This document shows, in pieces, positions 56,229-64,000 of a stretch of DNA of 64,000 nt; position 1 is the first letter of the stretch, and the number at the start of each line of letters is the position of its first letter. The notes under the pieces are model-generated. The model was not told the origin of the DNA. It saw nothing but the letters and a program-made list of their open reading frames with translations, and did no database searches. A program made the translations under genes and the position numbers. The DNA lies in contig OX597814.1 of NCBI GenBank assembly GCA_951406725.2, positions 33,294,001-33,358,000 on the forward strand, given 5' to 3'. Origin of the DNA: Octopus vulgaris. Taxonomy: Eukaryota.

Positions 56229-58172
56229 ATTTCAAACATTTTCCTTAATCAGTTCCAAAATACTCCCCTTGGGCGTTCACCTGCTTCTCCTAACGGCTCT
56301 ACCACTGCTGGTAAAAACTCTGGAACGCCGTCACTTTTCTTATAATTTCAATATTTCGACTCAAATCTCTTCCCTTTCATTGTGGTTTTCTTTTTTTCAT
56401 ATATGCCTTTATGTATGTATGTACATGCAAACAGACAGACAGATAGATAGATAGATAGATAGACAATTCTTTTTCTTGACGGATATGTAGTTTTCATTAT
56501 TGGTATATATTTTTGAGTTGTGGTTTATAGCATTTTCTTTTTGTGTATCGTGCAATCAACAGAACGATAGATGTTTCAAGTGCTTCAGTTACCTTGCTTA
56601 CAGTACTGTCATGTATCTTTGTTTCAACGAATCACGGTATGCTCTGCAGGCACATCATGAAATAAAATCTCCATGAATTCTTCACATAATGTCCTGGCAG
56701 TGACCATATATCTCAATGACAAGTGTCAGTCACTGTCTTTTATATCTTCGAGATCTTCATGCAATATTCTTTAAGATGTCTTATGAACTCTTCATTCTTT
56801 TGTAGTGTTCAGAACTGTACACCGATAATAAGCTCCAAGACATGGAAAACCGTTCTTGAAGCCATGTTTCTTAACGTATGACCAGTGTGGGTTTTTTTTA
56901 TTCTTTTCAAAGGTTCGTGGAGTGAGCTAAAGCAAAATTTCAGTTTCCATGAATAATAGCTGAATGTTTGTTCAACTTTCTATGTCTCTTGTTTGAATGC
57001 ATTAGCAATCTACCCTTAAACCACGTATGTTCGTCCTTTGTTTTCAAAGATAACAAATATCATTCAAACTTCATTCCACTCTTTTAAAAAGATATGTAAA
57101 CATTGAACACCCGAAAGAAGGACGAGATAACCATAGCTAGAATGCCTCTGATCTCTGTTCTTCTTTTAAATGAGGGCTGAACTAAGGAAAACAATAACAA
57201 CAAATGGAAGGAAGGTAAATTACGTAGAGCAAGCTTTTATTGAATCTATGACCAATGTACAATAATGATTTTATGAAATCTGTTGATATCGTCTAAAATT
57301 GGATATTAAAACGTGAATATGCAAATGAGCATTGGAAAGTACTTAAACTGTCGCTTAAATATTTCTATCAATTTTACATTCTTTACTTTATGAAAAATGG
57401 CTTTTGCTGAGTAGACACCCAGCGGTTTTCAGTTTTAGATATGGGGAGTCGGAAATGAAAAGTTGGAACAATTAGCAACGTAAATAAAGTAGAATTGTGC
57501 TGTAGTTTCAAACAAGTAGCATCTTATTTGTGTTCTAGAATGTTCGATATCTGTATTTTATACATTGGTTTCTCCGTTTAGCACAACGTGACAATTTTAT
57601 GAAGTGATGATATCTAAGGTGTAAGTAGATTGAATTGACCAGAGAACATCGTTGAAATTATTTAATTGAACCATGAATGATCAAAAGGTAAAGTCAACTC
57701 TAACGGGATTTGAACTTGGAATATAAAGAGACGAACTAATTACCATGAGGAATTTATCCCGGCATTCAAACGTTTCTACTGTTCTACCTCCCTGCTTACC
57801 TTTAGCAAATTCAGTACAAAGCAATTTACACACACAAATATTATCTCAGTTTCTTTGCACGTAAGACTCTGCCAATACTTATGTATTATTCATAGATATT
57901 CACCTGGACATACCCAGCAGCAGTTATTGCTATCTCGAGGTATTCTAACATTGCAGATGATTTATAATATTTAATAGGAGATTAGCACTGCGAGGTGGAA
58001 GGATTAGTGGCGAGTTGAGATCACAGCGAGAAAAGAAAGCAGAAATAGATACTGTGTGAAAAAAAAAAAGAATCATTTCACTTAATTATACCCGTTAATA
58101 ACCTCTGAAAAGGCATTTAAGTCACGATACAACATTCAGTTTCCTTCTCTTTTCCTATAATTATATGACCTG

Positions 58173-58751
58173 CACAGACATGCAGGAAGTAAATAGACAC
58201 GTTTAATTTTCAAAAATCTTTTTTTTTATATTAATTAGTTAAAGGAGAGGTTTTCTTCTAGCTGGTCGTCCATAATACCCAAGTTTATGCAAATATGTAA
58301 CACACGTTCTTGGACTATCTTCTAGCTGTCTTGCAATGTCAGAAGCCTTCGAACGGGGTTCGTTTTCCATAATTTTCTTCAAACAGCGAAGCTTCCTTTC
58401 CGAGGGCCCAGGTCGGCTGGATGAGAATCTGCTTATTTTTTCCCTTGGCTTTTGAATTGCACTATAATTCTATTAACACTAGCAAGAGGAATTTGAAGAT
58501 TTTCGGCAACTTTTCGCTGGCTAAGACCAGCCTTAGACTGCCCAACAATACGACCTCTTTGAAAATCTGACAGTCGTGCTGAATTTTTTGTGCGTGGCAT
58601 AGTTACTCTTCGCAAATGTTTAATATGATGGCACCTGGAATGAGAAAGGAATAATTACATTGTAAATTCTACACCACTGAAAACATATTAAGACACTTAG
58701 ATCAGAAATTTTGAAAATTTAAGGTGTCTATTTATTTCCTTCATATCTGTG
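58173..58751 (-). mobile_element. Internally deleted Tc1-like element
   Basis: About 28-bp imperfect TIRs CACAGACATGCAGGAAGTAAATAGACAC / GTGTCTATTTATTTCCTTCATATCTGTG; paired-like [26 protein letters not shown]. Confidence 0.88.
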
Positions 58752-59234
58752 TATGTCTGGAATGATAAAAGATAACAATGATAACAATTGTGTAAATTAT
58801 GAAACAAAACTGAATGCAGAATCGATTTATATTTCGTTGTTTACATATTTCCTAAATGTTCTGAATCTAATTTTTCACGTGAGTCAACCTCCTCTTTCAC
58901 TTTTCTGTGTTTAGCAAACTAAACCTTAATAATGTCCTGGGAGTTGAATTCGTCGACTAAAATTTTCTCTGACAAATCGGTTTTCATGAGGTTAATGTTG
59001 TTGATGCTATAGTTGTTATGTATAATTACTGGTATATTCTACTATATGTATTCTCAGCCGTCGACGTTCTAATGGAATTACAATATTTCCGAGCTCAAAA
59101 TTGCCTTTCATTCCTCTAAATTTAAAAATAATGTGCACCAACAACCTAACATGGTTGATAAATAAATCTTCACTCCTTCACCGCTAATAAAAAGAAAATA
59201 GGATTATCTTTCAATATATAGAAAAATAGTCAGG

Positions 59235-59610
59235 AATGGATGTTTAGTTGACAAGCTCGTTTTGCAGTCACCTGGTTTCAGGATCACTCTTCTTGTGCGG
59301 CACCTTAGGACGCCAAATGCCTTATGAGTGATATTGGTTGATGGAAACTGTGTGGAATCTCGCTGTATATATCTATGTATATGTCTTTATGCCTGTATTT
59401 GTTCACCATCACTAACATGAACAAATCAGTATTGGTTTGTTTATGTAACGGTAACTTAGAAGTTCGGCAAAAGAGACAGATAGTCCAAGTACCAAACTTA
59501 AAAGGAAATAAGCAGTGAGGTCAATTGTTTCATTTAAACTCTTCAAGGCAGAGCTGCAGCACGACCGCAGTCCAGTGACTGAAACAAGTAGAAAGTATAA
59601 GCTAAAAGAA
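59235..59610 (+). mobile_element. SINE family A, old diverged copy
   Basis: GGCACCTT, GGAAACTG, GTTCGGCAAAAGAGAC, TGACTGAAACAAGTA. Confidence 0.75.
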
Positions 59611-59837
59611 TATAACATTTAATTAGCTGCTGGAACACAATTGAAGTTTTGCTGAAGTGTGAATAAATCACTTATGCAGAATTAATTTCATCTCCAGGCC
59701 ATTGACCACAGTCCAAACTCTTAACTATGATTGATTCAAAGAATTGATTTGTTTTTAGGATCTTATCCACGCTCCAAAATATTTGCTTTTTTTTAAAGAA
59801 GAGAGACTATCGAGGTGTTGTGCCGGAAATGTTAAGA

Positions 59838-59993
59838 AGGAGTGGCTGTGTGGTAAGTAGCTTGCTTACCAACCACATTGTCCCGGGTCCAGTCCCACTG
59901 CGTGGAACCTTGGGCAGCTGTCTTCTACTATAGCTTCGGGTCGACCAAACCCTTGTGAGTGGATCTGGTAGGCGGAAACTGAAAAAGCCCGTC

Positions 59994-60058
<65 letters not shown>

Positions 60059-60268
60059 TGTTTGTGTGTCTGTATTTGTCCCCCAAACATCGCCTGACAA
60101 CCGATGCTAGTGTGTTTACGTCCCCGTGGCTTAGCGGTTCGGCAAAAGATACCGATAGCATAAGTACTAGGCTTACAAAGAATAAGCTCTGGGGTCGATT
60201 TGCTCGACTAAAGGTGGTGCTCTAGCATGGCCGTAGTCAAATGACTGAAACAAGCAACAGAGTAAAAG
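59838..60268 (+). mobile_element. SINE family A, full length
   Basis: Matches the family. Confidence 0.93.
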
Positions 60269-60274
60269 TAGATC

Positions 60275-60403
60275 TACTTAGTTTATCGACTCCGAAAGGA
60301 TAAAAGGCAAAGTCGACCTCAGCAGAATTTGAACGCAAAGACATACGAAATACCACTAAGCATTTCGTCCGGTGAGCTAACGTTTCTGCCAGCTCGCCGC
60401 CTT
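60275..60403 (-). mobile_element. SINE family B fragment abutting the SINE A tail
   Basis: Matches the family B head and centre. Confidence 0.85.
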
Positions 60404-61554
60404 CTATTCAAATCTAGATATTTCATATCCATTTACAATCTGAGATGAAATACCGGGAAGAATGATTGTTTTGTCTGTTATCTTTCTAAGGTTGAAAAAT
60501 AAGAAACAGTTAACTACTTAGATTAGTGTAATCGACGATATTTTTCAAATAAATTGGTTAGCTCTTAAAAAAATAAGTGTCTTTATATCTACTCCGCAGT
60601 GTTTCGATGCACTTCCTTAAGTTGTATTCGAACACCATTCAACTGGGCACAGACTTTCTTGTATGGGCGAGTCGTTAAAATACGTACCAGTTACGTACTC
60701 TGGTTAATTTAATCCATTATATCCCTGAGATGCAATGTGTAGCATTCTGGCAAATGGTGTTACTTATCGCAGTTTTTACAAGTTATCCTCTTCTTATGTT
60801 TCTGTCATTTCTCCCTCTCCTTCTCTCTTTATCGCTTATATTTACTCTCGCTAAGTTTTCTCTCTCCATCACTCTCTCGATCTCATCTCTTCAATCTTTC
60901 TCTCTCTTCTCTTTGACATCAAGTCTGCTTATATATATATTTTTTACAAGATAAAACTCATTTTTGTTAAATTTTCTTTTTGCTATATTAATAATGTAGA
61001 TGATTAAATTCCGACATAGTCTCTCGCCATTTAAGTTAGCTGCAATCAGTTGTCGATAAAATGAATTACCACAAGTGAAATAATTTCGTATTTAGCTTGA
61101 AAGACTGCCAACAACTCGTTAAAAAAAAAGACTCACTTTCATTTTTAAATCTTTCGGGGGAAAAATTTTTTTGTTGATGAAATTAAATGTCTTGTCATAT
61201 CCCATAATAATCGTAAAACTAATTATTCCGTTATTTCTGACGTCGTTGCAAGTAGTAACATTGGCGACAAAGGAAAGTTGAGGTAAAAGCGAGAAAGAAA
61301 TAGAGAAGAAAAAATAAACGAACAAAGAGAAAATAAAGCTGATTTCTATAGCTGTATCAGTGATAAACTATCTTTGCAAGACAATGAAATAAAGTAGAAT
61401 ATATTTGTAACTTACAGCAATCGCCATAGAGTAGAGTTAAGCTCCCGTTAAGACAAAATGGCGATTCAGTTTCCATTCACTTCGAAGTAATTTCATTTCA
61501 CTTTCCCTGCCAATAGATTTTTTTTTCTAATTTGCCACAAAGAACAGCTGCTTT

Positions 61555-62005
61555 GATGGGAGGAAGATAGTCGATACCATTACCCAGTACTTGACTGGTA
61601 TTACATTCTACCGACCCCTGAAAGGATGAAAGACAAAGTTGAATTCAGCAGGACTTGAATTCAAAATGTAAATGTCAGTACAAATACTGCTAGGCATATT
61701 TCCAGCATCCTAATGACTCTGCTAATCTAATACCTAATATATAACTGCCAATTATGTTTGTATATATATTTAATGTATAATAATCCTTTCTAGTATAGAC
61801 ACAAGACCTGAAATTTGTGAGTGGGAGGACTAGTCGATTACATCGACCCCAGTGTTCGACTGGTACTTATTTTACTTATCTCACTCCAAAAGGATGAAAA
61901 GCAAAGTCAATCTCGGCGGAATTTGAACTCAGAACGTAAGGACGGACGAAATGCCGCAGATCATTTTGTCCGACTAACTAACGATTTCGCCTGCTCGCCG
62001 CCCTG
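61555..62005 (-). mobile_element. Two diverged SINE B copies
   Basis: AAAGGATGAAA...GAATT motifs near 61620 and 61890. Confidence 0.8.
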
Positions 62006-63243
62006 TTTAATGTATAATAATGTAACACCAACCTGATTCGTGTTTATCTAAGAAAATCTTTGGTATCATATCAAATCTAAATTAAATCATTTCATTTACG
62101 GCTTAATGTGATCAACAAAGAACAAGTTGTGGCTGTCATTTAACTCCAGGTCAACCCTGTTTACACAGCACTACAATGAAAGGGCATTCCAGCCAACTTT
62201 TAAATATCTATGTTGCTTAATGTGTATTTTTTAAGATGACAGAATGTGCCTTTTCTGTTGAGGTCTAAAGAGACAGAAACATACACGAAATTGTGTTCTG
62301 TACCCACGGTCAAAAAGTTTGAAGCAAATCAATTAGTGAATTAAATTTGTCTTTCCCCTTCATTTCATATTTATAATTAGATCTGTGACGTTCTCTACAC
62401 TTACGCATGTGAAAACATGCGTAGTGAGAAAACGCGTGTAACTTCACTGTTTATTTTCTTAATGTGCTATCTTTTTAGATATCGTATCATCTCGTGTTCT
62501 TTCATCCTCCTAAGAAAAGACTGTCCAAAACTACAGGTACATATCTCACCTCTACTCGGAAAAATATCCATACATAGTTATAGATTTTAATCAACTGTGG
62601 TTCTACTTTCACGTCTTTTGACCGGCGAAAACCTCTAGTAGCCTTAGCTAGCTTGTATTATTGATTGAAAATACGGAGCCAAGATTCTCATTGATTAAGT
62701 AAGCAATAATGTTTTTCAGGTTTTTTTTTGTTTTATGGTTGTTGTGGTTTCCGTCTTGTAATGGTACGCACACTGTTAGATGTTGTTGTTGTTGTTGTTG
62801 CTGACACCGCCACTGCTGCTGATGTCTTGCTGTTGTCATCGTTATTGTTCTTGCTGATTCAACCACTATTGGTCCATACAAAGAAGGTGTATGGCTTTGC
62901 ATCGGTAACAATTACGTTTCGTTTTGGGAGCTCAGCTGGTATTTTTTTTCCAGTTATTTAAGTCTGGTACTTATATTCAGAAAGTGCATAAAATATTCCT
63001 GTATTATATACGCCTGAACGGATGTGATTTCAGGAATAATTTCAGGATGTAATTTTAGGCTATTTTTTTCTAACAAGTCAAGCAATCAGATAGAGTAGAA
63101 GGTGGAGAACCACTGTATATACCACAAGCCACATAACTGCAGAAATCCTGTTGGACCAGATGTAACCTGAAACCAAAACAATTTTAGGAATTCATAGCTA
63201 AATAAATTAATCACATCTTTTGTATTTACAGGTATCATTTATT

Positions 63244-63816
63244 TACTCTTTAGTCTCTTACTCTTTTACTTGTTTCAGTCATTTGATTGCGGCCATGCTA
63301 GAGCACCGCCGTTAGTCGAGCAAATCGACCCCAGGACTTATTCTTTGTAAACATAGTACTTATTCTATCGGTCTCTTTTGCCGAATCGCCAAGTAAACAC
63401 ACCAGCACCGGTTGTCAAGCGATGTTGGGGGGACAAACACAGACACAAACACACACACACACACACGCACACACAAACAAACACGTATATATATACATAT
63501 ATAAAGCCTTTCATCCTCTCGGGGTCGATAAATTAAGTACCAGTTGCGCATTGGGGTCGATATAATCGACTTAATCCGTTTGTCTGTCCTTGTTTGTCCC
63601 CTCTGTGTTTAGTGTGGGTAGTAAAGAAATATATATACATATACATATATACGACGGGCTTCTTTCAGTTTGCGTCTACCAAATCCACTCACAAGGTTTT
63701 GGTCGGCCCGAGGCTATAGTAGAAGAAAGTTGCCCAAGGTGTCACGCAGTGGGACTGAACCCGGAACCATGTGATTGGTAAGCCAGCTACTTACTACACA
63801 GTCACTCCTGCACCTA
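63244..63816 (-). mobile_element. SINE A containing an opposite-strand SINE B fragment (63505-63628)
   Basis: Family A halves are split at the internal microsatellite by GCCTTTCATCC...AGTAAAGAAATA. Confidence 0.9.
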
Positions 63817-64000
63817 TTTATTTATTTATTTATTCCATAAGGGTTTTAGAGATTTTGTCAGAAGACTGTTTTGGACTGAATATCGAGAAATTTTTGCCGC
63901 TTGCAAGTATTTTATGTGGTTACAGGTTTTACATTTTGCCATTTACGAAGTGGACTGGTGAAAAAAGCAATTTGGCAACAAGCACTTTGCTTTTCGGCTG

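Overview
AT-rich, microsatellite-saturated eukaryotic non-coding DNA. The repeat families look like those of an octopus/coleoid cephalopod genome, which is an inference from recalled SINE sequences. I found no credible host exon; nearly all ORF-track entries are microsatellite or SINE translations. The window is a nested set of decayed elements: about 15 copies of a bipartite tRNA-derived SINE (family A), about 12 copies or arrays of a second SINE (B), 2 copies of a third (C), LINE remnants (RTE, R4/Dong-like RLE, CR1/Jockey-like), Tc1/mariner, pogo and hAT remnants, and two Penelope-like (PLE) remnants. The most interesting signal is at least seven minimal type-I hammerhead-ribozyme-like motifs (CUGANGA...GAAAC-short palindrome-GUH) in unrelated sequence contexts. 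One looks structurally intact (12380-12464, minus). Four lie in short fold-back elements embedded in (TA)n tracts, including a perfect 130-bp palindrome, and two more lie next to larger inverted repeats. Coordinates were read by eye and element boundaries are approximate.
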